Of a stretch of DNA of 21,634 nt, positions 8,302-17,360 are shown one piece after another (position 1 is the first letter of the stretch; each line of letters begins with the position of its first letter). The notes below the pieces were generated by a model. The model was not told where the DNA came from. It ran no database searches and worked only from the letters and a program-made list of their open reading frames with translations. Origin of the DNA: Myxococcota bacterium (GTDB lineage: Bacteria > Myxococcota_A > UBA9042 > PHBI01 > JAWLBL01); contig JAWLBL010000020.1 of assembly GCA_041687695.1 (NCBI GenBank), positions 150,003 to 171,636 on the forward strand. Direction: 5' to 3'. The position numbers and the translations under genes were made by a program.

Positions 8302-10256
8302 TGAGGTCGGCCCAGAGCCTGCTCGATGAGCTTCGGGCGGTCGACGAGTCCGCGTCCATCGAGGCCAAGGCCGGCGCGGCTGTCGACCGCTCGATCATGG
8401 AGACCGTCTGCGCCTTTGCCAATGAACCCTACCTGGGCGGTGGTCACCTGCTGCTCGGTGTCGCGGCGGCCGAGGAGCCCGGGCTCGACGGGCGCGACTA
8501 TGTCGTCGTGGGGGTGCCCGACCCCGAGCGCCTTCAAGCCGACCTCGTGACTCAATGTGCGTCGGTTTTCAATCGGCCCGTGCGCCCCATGGTCGCGGTC
8601 GAGCAGGTCGAAGGGCGCAGCGTCGTAGTCGTCTTCGTCCCCGAGCTGGCTCCAGCCGAAAAGCCCCTGTACCTCCGCTCGCTCGGCCTGCCGCGTGGCG
8701 CGCTTCGCCGGGTCGGACCCACCGACCAGCGCAGCGGCGAGGACGACCTCATCGCCCTCATCCAGGGCCACCGCGAGGAGACCTATGACGGCTCCGTCAT
8801 CCGCGACGCCGACCTCTCCGACATCGACCCCGACGCCCTGCGCGTCTATCGACAGCTCCGCGCCGAGGCCAACCCGGCCGCCGAGGAGCTGACGTGGACC
8901 GACGAAGAGCTCCTCCGCGCGGTCGGAGCCATCCGTGACGACGCCGGCTCGCTGCGCCCGACGGTCGCGGGCCTCCTGCTCTTCGGCAAGCCCATGGCCC
9001 TCCGGCGGTGCCTGCCGTCGACGCGAATCGACTACGTCCGCCTGCCAGGACGCGAGTGGATGTCCGACCCCGACCGGCGCTTCGACACGGTCGAGATCCG
9101 CGCGCCGCTGCTCGTCGCGGTCCGACGTGCCCTGGCGGCCGTCCTGGACGACTTGCCCAAGTCCTTCCACCTGCCCGAGGGCTCGCTGACCCGCAGGGAA
9201 GAGACCGTCCTGCCCCTGCGCGTCATCCGCGAGGCCATCGTCAACGCGGTCACCCATCGCAGCTACCGCGTCCACGGCCCCATGCAGATCCTGCGCTACG
9301 CCAATCGGCTCGAGGTGCGAAACCCTGGCGGCTCGCTCATCGCCGTCGACCGGCTCGGCGAGCCGGGGTCCCGGTCTCGGAACACCCGCATCGCGAACGT
9401 CATGCACGATCTCCACCTCGCCGAGAACAAGGGCAGCGGCGTGCGCATCATGCGCGAGCTCATGAAGGCGCGGGGGTTGATGCCGCCGGTCTTCGAGTCG
9501 CAGCCCGGGGCCGACCAGTTCGTCGCGACCTTCCTGTTCCACCACTTCCTCGACCAGCAGGACCTCGACTGGCTCGGCGCCCTCACGACCGAGCCACTGA
9601 CGGGCGACCAGATGCGCGCGCTGGTCTTCGTCCGCGAGGTGGGCGCCATCGACAACGCCGTGCTCCGTACCCTCACCGGCCTCGACACGCTCGGCGCGTC
9701 GGCCGTACTCCGCCGGTTGAGAGCCGAGGACCTCCTCGCGATGAAAGGTTCGGGCAGCCGGACCTACTACGTTCCAGGCAAGCGATTGACCCCGTCCGAG
9801 ACACCCACGCCCGGCGAAACACACGAGCTCGGCGCGGATCCTCACCAGCTCTCGGCCGATCGTCACCAGGTGCCAGCCGATCGTCACCAGCTCTCGGCCG
9901 ATCGTCACCAGGTGCCAGCCGATCGTCACCAGCTCTCGGCCGATCGTCACCAGGTGCCAGCCGATCGTCACCAGCTCCTCGTCGAGCAGCTCCCGTCCGA
10001 CCTTCGTAGGCGACTGCCGACGTCGGGAGCGCGGCCGCGCAGAGCGGTCGTCCGTGCGTTGATTCGCGACCTGTGCGCCTGGCGACCTTTGGCGGGGCGA
10101 GACCTGGCGGTGCTCCTCGGCGGGCGCGATACGAAGGTCCTCTTGCGCGAGCATCTACGCCCGATGATCGCTGCGGGTGACCTCGTTCACTCCATCCCGC
10201 AGATGCCGAACCACCCCGACCAGAAGTACACCGTCCCGACACCAGAGGAACCATGA
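8301..10256 (+). CDS. Schlafen/AlbA_2 + HATPase_c_4 + winged-HTH protein (~651 aa)
   Basis: AlbA_2 signature ESASIEAK...ETVCAFAN...GGG.LLLGV; HATPase_c_4-type IREAIVNAVTHRSY..., RLEVRNPG, SRNTRIA, ENKGSG; wHTH IDNAVLRTLTGLD...KGSGSRTYY; C-terminal HTH ending PNHPDQKY. The start (ATG 8301 or GTG 8298) overlaps the M1 stop, and the stop overlaps the M2 start. Confidence 0.85.
   Translation: MRSAQSLLDELRAVDESASIEAKAGAAVDRSIMETVCAFANEPYLGGGHLLLGVAAAEEPGLDGRDYVVVGVPDPERLQADLVTQCASVFNRPVRPMVAVEQVEGRSVVVVFVPELAPAEKPLYLRSLGLPRGALRRVGPTDQRSGEDDLIALIQGHREETYDGSVIRDADLSDIDPDALRVYRQLRAEANPAAEELTWTDEELLRAVGAIRDDAGSLRPTVAGLLLFGKPMALRRCLPSTRIDYVRLPGREWMSDPDRRFDTVEIRAPLLVAVRRALAAVLDDLPKSFHLPEGSLTRREETVLPLRVIREAIVNAVTHRSYRVHGPMQILRYANRLEVRNPGGSLIAVDRLGEPGSRSRNTRIANVMHDLHLAENKGSGVRIMRELMKARGLMPPVFESQPGADQFVATFLFHHFLDQQDLDWLGALTTEPLTGDQMRALVFVREVGAIDNAVLRTLTGLDTLGASAVLRRLRAEDLLAMKGSGSRTYYVPGKRLTPSETPTPGETHELGADPHQLSADRHQVPADRHQLSADRHQVPADRHQLSADRHQVPADRHQLLVEQLPSDLRRRLPTSGARPRRAVVRALIRDLCAWRPLAGRDLAVLLGGRDTKVLLREHLRPMIAAGDLVHSIPQMPNHPDQKYTVPTPEEP
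9834..9980 (+). repeat. In-frame 21-bp tandem repeat x7 (alternating ADRHQLS/ADRHQVP)
   Basis: GCCGATCGTCACCAG(CTCTCG|GTGCCA) units at 9834, 9855, 9876, 9897, 9918, 9939 and 9960; the first and last are slightly diverged. Confidence 0.95.
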
Positions 10257-11755
10257 GCAAGGCCATGACCCAGCAGGCGCTGGAGTCCTATCTGTGGGGG
10301 GCGGCGGTCATCCTGCGGGGGCTCATCGACGCGGGCGACTACAAGCAGTTCGTCTTTCCGATGCTGTTCTATAAGCGCCTGTCCGACGTGTGGGACGAGG
10401 ATTATGCGCAGGCGCTGGCCGAGTCGGGCGACCAGGGCTATGCGCTGGACACCGCCAACGACCGCTTCGTCATCCCCGAGGGGGCGTACTGGAAGGACGT
10501 GCGCGCGGTGGCCAAGGACGTGGGCCGGGCGCTGCAGAACGCGCTGCGGGCCATCGAGGCGGCCAACCCGGGGCGGCTGGACGGCATCTTCGGCGACGCC
10601 GCCTGGACCAATAAGGAGCGGCTGCCCGACGTCACGTTGAAGAACCTGCTGGAGCACTTCTCGGGGCAGGTGCTGTCGCTCGAGAACGTCCCCGAGGACG
10701 AGCTGGGCAACGGCTACGAGTTCCTGATCAAGAAGTTTGCCGACGACAGCGGCCACACGGCGCAGGAATTCTATACCAACCGCACCGTGGTGCACCTGAT
10801 GGTGCAGCTGCTGGACCCGCAGCCGGGCGAGCGCATCTACGACCCGACCTGCGGCACCGGCGGCATGCTGATCTCGGCCCTGGCCGAGGTCAAGCGCAAG
10901 GGCGGCGAGCACCGAACGCTGCGCCTGTACGGCCAAGAGCGCAACCACATGACGGCGTCCATCGCCCGGATGAACCTGGTGCTGCACGGAGTCGAGGACT
11001 CCGAGATCGCCCGCGGCGACACCCTGGCCGCGCCGGCCTTCGTCGAGGACGACCGGCTGAAGACCTTCGATCTGGTGGTCGCCAATCCGCCGTACTCGAT
11101 CAAGCAGTGGAACCGCGAGGGCTGGGCCAGCGACCCCTGGGGCCGCAACTTCCTGGGCACGCCGCCCCAGGGCCGCGCCGACTACGCCTTCTTCCAGCAC
11201 ATCCTGCGCAGCCTGGATCCGAAGACTGGCCGCTGCGCCATCCTGTTCCCCCACGGCGTCCTCTTCCGCAAAGAAGAGGCCGAGATGCGCCGCAAGCTGA
11301 TCGAAGCGGATCTGGTCGAGTGCGTGCTGGGGCTGGGGCCGAACCTGTTCTACAACTCGCCGATGGAGGCCTGCATCCTGATCTGCCGGACGACCAAGCC
11401 GGCCGCGCGGCGGGGGCGGGTGCTGTTCATCGACGCGGTGAACGAGGTGACCCGCGAGCGGGCGCAGAGCTTCCTGAAGCCCGAGCACCTGGCGCGCATC
11501 GAGGGCGCCTATGCCGCCTTCGAGGACCACCCGGGCTTCGCGCGCGTGGTGACGATGCCGGAGATCGAGGCGCAGGGCTTCAGCCTGTCCATCCCGCTGT
11601 ACGTCAAGCGACCCAGCGCGCAGGCCGTCGAGGGCGCCGGCGAGCCCGAGACCCTGAAGGCCGCCTGGGAGCGCTTCGAGACCTCGGGCCGCGAGTTCTG
11701 GCAGCAGATGGACGCAGTGGTCGACATGCTGGACGGCCTGCTGGACCTGGATTAG
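10253..11755 (+). CDS. hsdM: Type I R-M methyltransferase subunit M2 (NPPY, predicted m4C)
   Basis: LWGAAVILRG...FPMLFYKR, QEFYTNRTVV, YDPTCGTGG, motif IV ANPPY, NLFYN. Clearly paralogous to 6790-8301. Confidence 0.95.
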   Translation: MSKAMTQQALESYLWGAAVILRGLIDAGDYKQFVFPMLFYKRLSDVWDEDYAQALAESGDQGYALDTANDRFVIPEGAYWKDVRAVAKDVGRALQNALRAIEAANPGRLDGIFGDAAWTNKERLPDVTLKNLLEHFSGQVLSLENVPEDELGNGYEFLIKKFADDSGHTAQEFYTNRTVVHLMVQLLDPQPGERIYDPTCGTGGMLISALAEVKRKGGEHRTLRLYGQERNHMTASIARMNLVLHGVEDSEIARGDTLAAPAFVEDDRLKTFDLVVANPPYSIKQWNREGWASDPWGRNFLGTPPQGRADYAFFQHILRSLDPKTGRCAILFPHGVLFRKEEAEMRRKLIEADLVECVLGLGPNLFYNSPMEACILICRTTKPAARRGRVLFIDAVNEVTRERAQSFLKPEHLARIEGAYAAFEDHPGFARVVTMPEIEAQGFSLSIPLYVKRPSAQAVEGAGEPETLKAAWERFETSGREFWQQMDAVVDMLDGLLDLD

Positions 11756-11766
11756 TGAGGGGATCG

Positions 11767-12957
11767 ATGAGTGAGTTGAAGCCAGGCTGGCGGCGGGTGA
11801 AGTTCGGCGATGTGGTCCGGCTGTCGAAGGAGCGCAGCCCCGACCCGCTCGCCGACGGGCTGGAGAGGTACGTCGGCCTCGAGCACCTCGAACCTGGCGA
11901 CCTGCGGGTGCGCAGCTGGGGCGAGGTGGCCGATGGCACGACCTTCACCAACCGATTCCGGCCAGGTCAGGTGCTTTTCGGCAAGCGCCGGGCCTATCAG
12001 CGCAAAGTCGCGGTCGCCGACTTCGACGGCGTCTGTTCGGGCGACATCTACGTCTTCGAGTCCAAGGACCCGCAGGCCCTCATTCCCGAGTTGTTGCCGT
12101 TCATCTGCCAGACCGAAGCCTTTTTCGAGCACGCGGTCGGAACATCGGCCGGCTCGCTGTCGCCCCGGACCAACTGGTCCAGCTTGGCGCGCTACGAGTT
12201 CGCGCTGCCGCCGCTGGACGAGCAGGTTAGGCTCCTTGGCCAGTTCAACTCGATGCTGGCGGTCGTCGATGCACTAAGAGAGGCGCAGGGAGCAACCGAG
12301 CGAGCTCGGCTGGCGTACATGGTCGAAGTATTTCGGCCGAGCCGAGGGACACGTGATGAGTTTCCGGAGAGTTGGCATATCGTGCCAGTACGCGCAGCTG
12401 GGGACGTGCAGTTGGGGCAGCAGCGACATCCATCGTTTGCCACCGGCCTCAACATGCGACCGTATCTGCGGGTCGCTAATGTGCTCGATGGGGTGCTAGA
12501 CCTGAGCGACTTGAACTCAATGCATTTTCCGGAAACCGAACTGAGGAAGTTCGAGCTGCGACCGGGCGACATTCTGTTGAATGAAGGGCAGAGCACCGAG
12601 CTCGTGGGGCGAAGTGCGATCTACCGGGGTGAAGTTCCAGGAGCATGCTTTCAGAAGACGCTCATCCGGTATCGATGCGGTTCCCAGCTCGTTCCTGAGT
12701 TTGCTCACGCATATTTCCAGCACATGCTGTACACTGGCCAATTTGCGAGAGTCGTGGTGCAAACCACTTCGATGGCCCATTTGACGGCCGTTCGTTTCGC
12801 TCAGATGCTGCTGCCCATTCCGCCTCGTGCTGAGCAAGCCGAAATTGCGAATAACTTCACCCAGCTCGCATCGTCGCGGGGAGCCGTCGGCGATCGGCTG
12901 AACGTCGCGCTCGGCCTGCTTCAGCGTGCAGTAGACGGGGACCGCTATGTTCAATGA
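11767..12957 (+). CDS. hsdS: Type I R-M specificity subunit (396 aa, two TRDs)
   Basis: LKPGW..VKFGDV start; two repeats ending FALPPLDEQ and LPIPPRAEQ; second TRD begins PESW. GAGGGG RBS; lies between hsdM and hsdR. Confidence 0.92.
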   Translation: MSELKPGWRRVKFGDVVRLSKERSPDPLADGLERYVGLEHLEPGDLRVRSWGEVADGTTFTNRFRPGQVLFGKRRAYQRKVAVADFDGVCSGDIYVFESKDPQALIPELLPFICQTEAFFEHAVGTSAGSLSPRTNWSSLARYEFALPPLDEQVRLLGQFNSMLAVVDALREAQGATERARLAYMVEVFRPSRGTRDEFPESWHIVPVRAAGDVQLGQQRHPSFATGLNMRPYLRVANVLDGVLDLSDLNSMHFPETELRKFELRPGDILLNEGQSTELVGRSAIYRGEVPGACFQKTLIRYRCGSQLVPEFAHAYFQHMLYTGQFARVVVQTTSMAHLTAVRFAQMLLPIPPRAEQAEIANNFTQLASSRGAVGDRLNVALGLLQRAVDGDRYVQ

Positions 12958-15907
12958 AGCCAACACCGCAGAGACGATGATCCGCGACCTCCTCTCTGGC
13001 GGGCGCACGGCTCACACTGTCGCCGGCCCCGGTCTAGCTCGGCGAGCGGGCAAGCTCCAGGGCAGCGGCTGGCACTTCCTCGCTTCGGCCCACATTCCGC
13101 GGGGGACGCACGAAGTCTTCGTCGAGCCGTGGGTGCGCGAGGCGCTGGAGCGGCTCAATCCGGAGATCGCCGCCCGGCCCGAGCTGGCGGACGAGGTGCT
13201 GTACCGGCTGCGGGCCATCGTGCTGGCGGTGCGCTCGGATGGGCTGATCAAGGCCAACGAGGAGATGACGGCCTGGCTGCGGGGGGACCGCTCGATGCCC
13301 TTCGGAGACCACCACGAGCACACGACGGTGCGGCTGGTCGACTTCGAGAACCTCGAGAACAACCAGTTCGTGGTGACGACTCAGTACACCTTTCGCGCCG
13401 GGGCGGCCGAGCGCCGGGCGGATCTGGTGCTGCTGGTCAATGGGCTGCCGCTGGTGGTCATCGAGGCCAAGACACCGGTGCGCAAGGCGGTGAGCTGGCT
13501 GGACGGGGCGCTGCAGGTCCACGACGACTACGAGAGGAACGTGCCCGAGCTGTTCGTCGCGAACGTGCTGAGCGTGGCGACCGAGGGTAAGGAGCTGATG
13601 TACGGCTCGGTGCGGATGCCGGTGAACCTGTGGGGGCCGTGGCGGGGCGAGGGCGAGGCGTCGCCGGCGGGGCTGGCGGGTCTGCAGGGGGCGGTGCGGG
13701 GCCTCTTGAGCCCGGCGGTGCTGCTGGACATCCTGGCGCACTTCACGCTGTTCGCGACCGACACCAAGAAGCGGCGCATCAAGATCGTGTGCCGGTACCA
13801 GCAGTACGAGGCGGCGAACCTGATCGTGCAGCGGGTCGTCGCGGGGTACCCGAAGAAGGGGCTGATCTGGCACTTTCAGGGGTCGGGCAAGTCGCTGCTG
13901 ATGGTGTTCGCGGCGCAGAAGCTGCGGCTACAGCCCAAGCTGGGCAACCCGACGGTGCTGATCGTGGTCGACCGGATCGATCTCGACTCGCAGATCACCG
14001 GGACCTTCCACGCCTCGGACGTGCCGAACCTGGTCAAGGGCGAGTCGCGAAAAGGGCTGATGCAGCTTCTGGAGCAGGACGCGCGGAAGATCATCATCAC
14101 GACCATCTTCCGCTTTGGCGAGGCCGAGGGGGTGCTGAACGAGCGAGGGAACATCATCGCATTGGTGGACGAGGCGCACCGGACGCAGGAGGGGGATCTC
14201 GGCATCAAGATGCGGGCGGCGCTGCCGAACGCGTTCTTGTTCGGGCTGACCGGCACGCCCATCAACCGGCGGGACCGGAACACCTTCTATACCTTTGGGG
14301 CGGACGAGGACTCCAAGGGATACATGAGCCGGTACGGGTTCGAGGAGTCGATCCGGGACGGGGCGACGTTGCCGCTGCACTTCGAGCCGCGGTTGGTCGA
14401 GCTGCACATCGACAAGGAGGCCATCGACCAGGCGTACCTGCAGCTGACGGGCGACCTGTCGGATCTGGACCGGGACAACCTGGCCAAGGCGGCGTCGAAG
14501 ATGGCGGTGCTGGTGAAGGTGCCCGAGCGGGTGCGGAGCATCTGTCAGGACATCGCGCAGCACTACGAGGAGAAGGTCGCGCCCAACGGCTTCAAGGGCA
14601 TGGTGGTGACCTTCGACCAGGAGTGTTGCCTGCTGTACAAGCAGGCGCTGGACCAGCTGATGCCGCCCGAGGCGAGCGAGGTGGTCATCTCGGGGGCGGG
14701 GGACGACGCGCGGTTCAAGGAGTTCGCGCGGGGGCGAGACGAAGAAGAGAAGCTGCTGGACCGCTATCGGGACCCGAACGACCCGCTGAAGCTGCTGATC
14801 GTGACGGCCAAGCTGCTGACGGGCTTCGACGCGCCCATCCTGCAGGCGATGTACCTGGACAAGCCGCTGCGGGACCACACGCTGCTGCAAGCCATCTGCC
14901 GGACCAACCGCACCTACGGCGACAAGAAGACCCATGGCCTCATCGTGGACTACCTGGGGGTCTTCGACGACGTGGCCAAGGCGCTGGAGTTCGATGAGAA
15001 GGGCTTTCGCGACGTCGTCAGCAACATCGCCAAGCTGAAGGAGCAGCTGCCTGGGGCGGTGCAGCGGTGCCTGGCCTTCTTCCCCGGCGTCGACCGGGCG
15101 TTGACCGGGTACGAGGGGCTGATGGCAGCGCAGGACTGTGTCCCCAACAACGACGTGCGGGATGCCTTCGCGGCCGAGTACAGCGTACTGGGCAAGCTGT
15201 GGGAGGCCATCTCGCCCGACCCGATGCTGCAGCGGTTCGAGGCCGACTACCGCTGGCTGACGCAGGTCTACGCCTCGCTGCAGCCCACGACCGGGACGGG
15301 CCGGCTCATCTGGCACGTGCTGGGCGCCAAGACCATCGAGCTCATCCACCAGAACGTTCACGTGGACACGGTGCGTGACGACCTGGACACCCTGGTGCTG
15401 GACTCGGAGCTGCTCGAAGCGGTCATGTCCTCCGACCCCAAGAAGAAGGCCCGGCAGGTCGAGTTTCAGCTGACCGCCCGCCTGCGTAAACACATGGGCA
15501 ACCCGCGCTACAAGCAGCTCTCGCAGCGCCTCGAAGAGCTGAAGGACCGTCACCAGAAGGGCCAGCTCGACAGCATCCAGTTCCTCAAGCAGCTCTTGTG
15601 CCTGGCTCACGACCTGCTCGCCGCCGAGAAGGACGTGCCCCCCGAAGAGGACGAGGACCGCGGCAAGGCCGCGCTGACCGAGCTGTTCCAGCAGGCCCGC
15701 AGCACCGCCACCCCGGTCGTCGTCGAGCGCGTCGTGAACGACATCGACGAGATCGTCCGCCTCGTCCGCTTCCCCAACTGGCAGCAGACCTCGGCCGGCG
15801 AGCGCGAGGTCCGCAAGGCCCTGCGCCAGACCCTGCTCAAGTACAAGCTGCACGCCGACAAGGATCTGTTCGACAAGGCCTACGGCTACATCGCGCAGTA
15901 CTACTGA
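12947..15907 (+). CDS. hsdR: Type I restriction endonuclease subunit R (986 aa)
   Basis: Nuclease motif DLVLLVNGLPLVVIEAK; helicase motifs HFQGSGKS, DEAHR, LTGTP, LLTGFDAP, QAICRTNR. Confidence 0.96.
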   Translation: MFNEANTAETMIRDLLSGGRTAHTVAGPGLARRAGKLQGSGWHFLASAHIPRGTHEVFVEPWVREALERLNPEIAARPELADEVLYRLRAIVLAVRSDGLIKANEEMTAWLRGDRSMPFGDHHEHTTVRLVDFENLENNQFVVTTQYTFRAGAAERRADLVLLVNGLPLVVIEAKTPVRKAVSWLDGALQVHDDYERNVPELFVANVLSVATEGKELMYGSVRMPVNLWGPWRGEGEASPAGLAGLQGAVRGLLSPAVLLDILAHFTLFATDTKKRRIKIVCRYQQYEAANLIVQRVVAGYPKKGLIWHFQGSGKSLLMVFAAQKLRLQPKLGNPTVLIVVDRIDLDSQITGTFHASDVPNLVKGESRKGLMQLLEQDARKIIITTIFRFGEAEGVLNERGNIIALVDEAHRTQEGDLGIKMRAALPNAFLFGLTGTPINRRDRNTFYTFGADEDSKGYMSRYGFEESIRDGATLPLHFEPRLVELHIDKEAIDQAYLQLTGDLSDLDRDNLAKAASKMAVLVKVPERVRSICQDIAQHYEEKVAPNGFKGMVVTFDQECCLLYKQALDQLMPPEASEVVISGAGDDARFKEFARGRDEEEKLLDRYRDPNDPLKLLIVTAKLLTGFDAPILQAMYLDKPLRDHTLLQAICRTNRTYGDKKTHGLIVDYLGVFDDVAKALEFDEKGFRDVVSNIAKLKEQLPGAVQRCLAFFPGVDRALTGYEGLMAAQDCVPNNDVRDAFAAEYSVLGKLWEAISPDPMLQRFEADYRWLTQVYASLQPTTGTGRLIWHVLGAKTIELIHQNVHVDTVRDDLDTLVLDSELLEAVMSSDPKKKARQVEFQLTARLRKHMGNPRYKQLSQRLEELKDRHQKGQLDSIQFLKQLLCLAHDLLAAEKDVPPEEDEDRGKAALTELFQQARSTATPVVVERVVNDIDEIVRLVRFPNWQQTSAGEREVRKALRQTLLKYKLHADKDLFDKAYGYIAQYY

Positions 15908-15941
15908 CGAGTCCGTTTTCCCCCATTGAAGGAACGTAGCG

Positions 15942-17093
15942 ATGCTCGAACATCACCTCGTGAAGGCGCTCGTTGGGCTGGGTATCGCGCGGGCCTGCGG
16001 GTTCAGGCTGGAGGGCCAGAGTTCGCGAGACGCGATGCCGTTCTTTCGGCCCTTGCTCGACAGCCCGGTTTGGATGGATCTCGACGAGACCTTGGCTTCC
16101 GTGGACCGGGTGCGAGTGAGCATCGAGGCGCGGGCGGTGTACGAGCTGAGCCGCGAGAGTTGGGTCGCCTTCACGGCCGCCATCGAACCGGCATGCGATG
16201 CAGCGGCTTCGAGCGGCAGGGAGGCCTGGATGGTTCTATGGACCCGGCTTCAGGCGGGGCGAGTCTTGGCGGCGATCCGAGCCAAGCGGGCAGAGGTTCA
16301 GCGAGGCGATACGGCCCTGCTCGCGCAAGCCGGACACAAGCTGTCGCTCCTTGTGAGTTGGCTGACGGGGCGAGACGCATTCGACGGTTACGAGGTCAGG
16401 TCGTCGTCGGCCTGGGAGGCGATGAGCGGGCGCTCGCCTAGCGCGCGCGTGATTGAGATGCTCTACGCCGAACTGATGGAGTTCATTGAAGCATCCGTGG
16501 CGAGCCTTCCAGTTGCACTCGATACGGTTGGCTCGGAAGGCAAAGCATCGTTGGACGCGTGCACGAAGCGACTTCGCAGCCTGGCAACATGGCAGTCCGG
16601 TTTCGAAGCGAGCTGGGGGATGAGCGACGAACCGGTGAGTCGCAAGGAGGCCAAGGCGATCCTGGGGGTCACCCCGAAGCAGCTCGATAAGACCTTCGAC
16701 GGATCCGATTGGTCTCAATGGCCCCTGCAAGAGGTGACGACGGCGCTCGGGCTCGAGCGGGTACTCCCAGCGGACGAGCCGCTGTGGCGCGCCGTCGTGC
16801 TCGGGCACACACTGGAGGTCTTCGAGGGCCCGAGCCCCCTCGAGCCGCCTCATGACGAGGTCCCGGATGACGCTCACCACTTCGTCATCAGCCTGGGACC
16901 CCTGGTGCGTCAGCGCCTGGCCGACCGCGGCGACTTCGACCTCGAGTGGTCCGTCTTCGATGGCTTGATCAAAGCGCGGGGACTCCACCTGTCGACATCC
17001 ATCGGTTCGAGTGTCCGCGAGACCCTCGTCGCGCGGGCGCCCAACGGCAAGGTGCTCGGCGCGCGCATCGTCGGCTCGGTTTCGATTGCTTGA
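15942..17093 (+). CDS. Hypothetical protein (383 aa), paralogue of the 20549-21555 gene, with a MerR/excisionase-like HTH motif
   Basis: ORF 35 nt after hsdR with AAGGA upstream. VSRKEAKAILGVTPKQL is HTH-like. A C-terminal block aligns with the end of the 20549-21555 gene. Confidence 0.75.
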   Translation: MLEHHLVKALVGLGIARACGFRLEGQSSRDAMPFFRPLLDSPVWMDLDETLASVDRVRVSIEARAVYELSRESWVAFTAAIEPACDAAASSGREAWMVLWTRLQAGRVLAAIRAKRAEVQRGDTALLAQAGHKLSLLVSWLTGRDAFDGYEVRSSSAWEAMSGRSPSARVIEMLYAELMEFIEASVASLPVALDTVGSEGKASLDACTKRLRSLATWQSGFEASWGMSDEPVSRKEAKAILGVTPKQLDKTFDGSDWSQWPLQEVTTALGLERVLPADEPLWRAVVLGHTLEVFEGPSPLEPPHDEVPDDAHHFVISLGPLVRQRLADRGDFDLEWSVFDGLIKARGLHLSTSIGSSVRETLVARAPNGKVLGARIVGSVSIA

Positions 17094-17360
17094 GTCGCGG
17101 TCTGCGCTGGGCCGAACCTGATAGGTGCTGCAGAGCATTGATGCACGCAGGCACCTCAACCGGGCAACCAGAGAATCACCGTGCTCGATTGACCGGCGAC
17201 CGTTCCTAGGGCTAGGCTCCCCTTGATTTCGAGGGGTTCGGAGTCGAGGCCGGGGCCTCACTGTGGTGCAGCATCGGGGGGCGCGGTGCTCAGAATCGCG
17301 AGTAGTTCGTCGGGGGCGGGTATGGTAAGCAATGTAGCGGTCATCGGAGGCACAGGCCTG

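Noticed and set aside
8301..10256. RecG helicase, a common automatic label for this architecture
   Set aside because: No SF2 helicase motifs (no Walker A or DExH). The domains are AlbA_2, HATPase_c_4 and wHTH.
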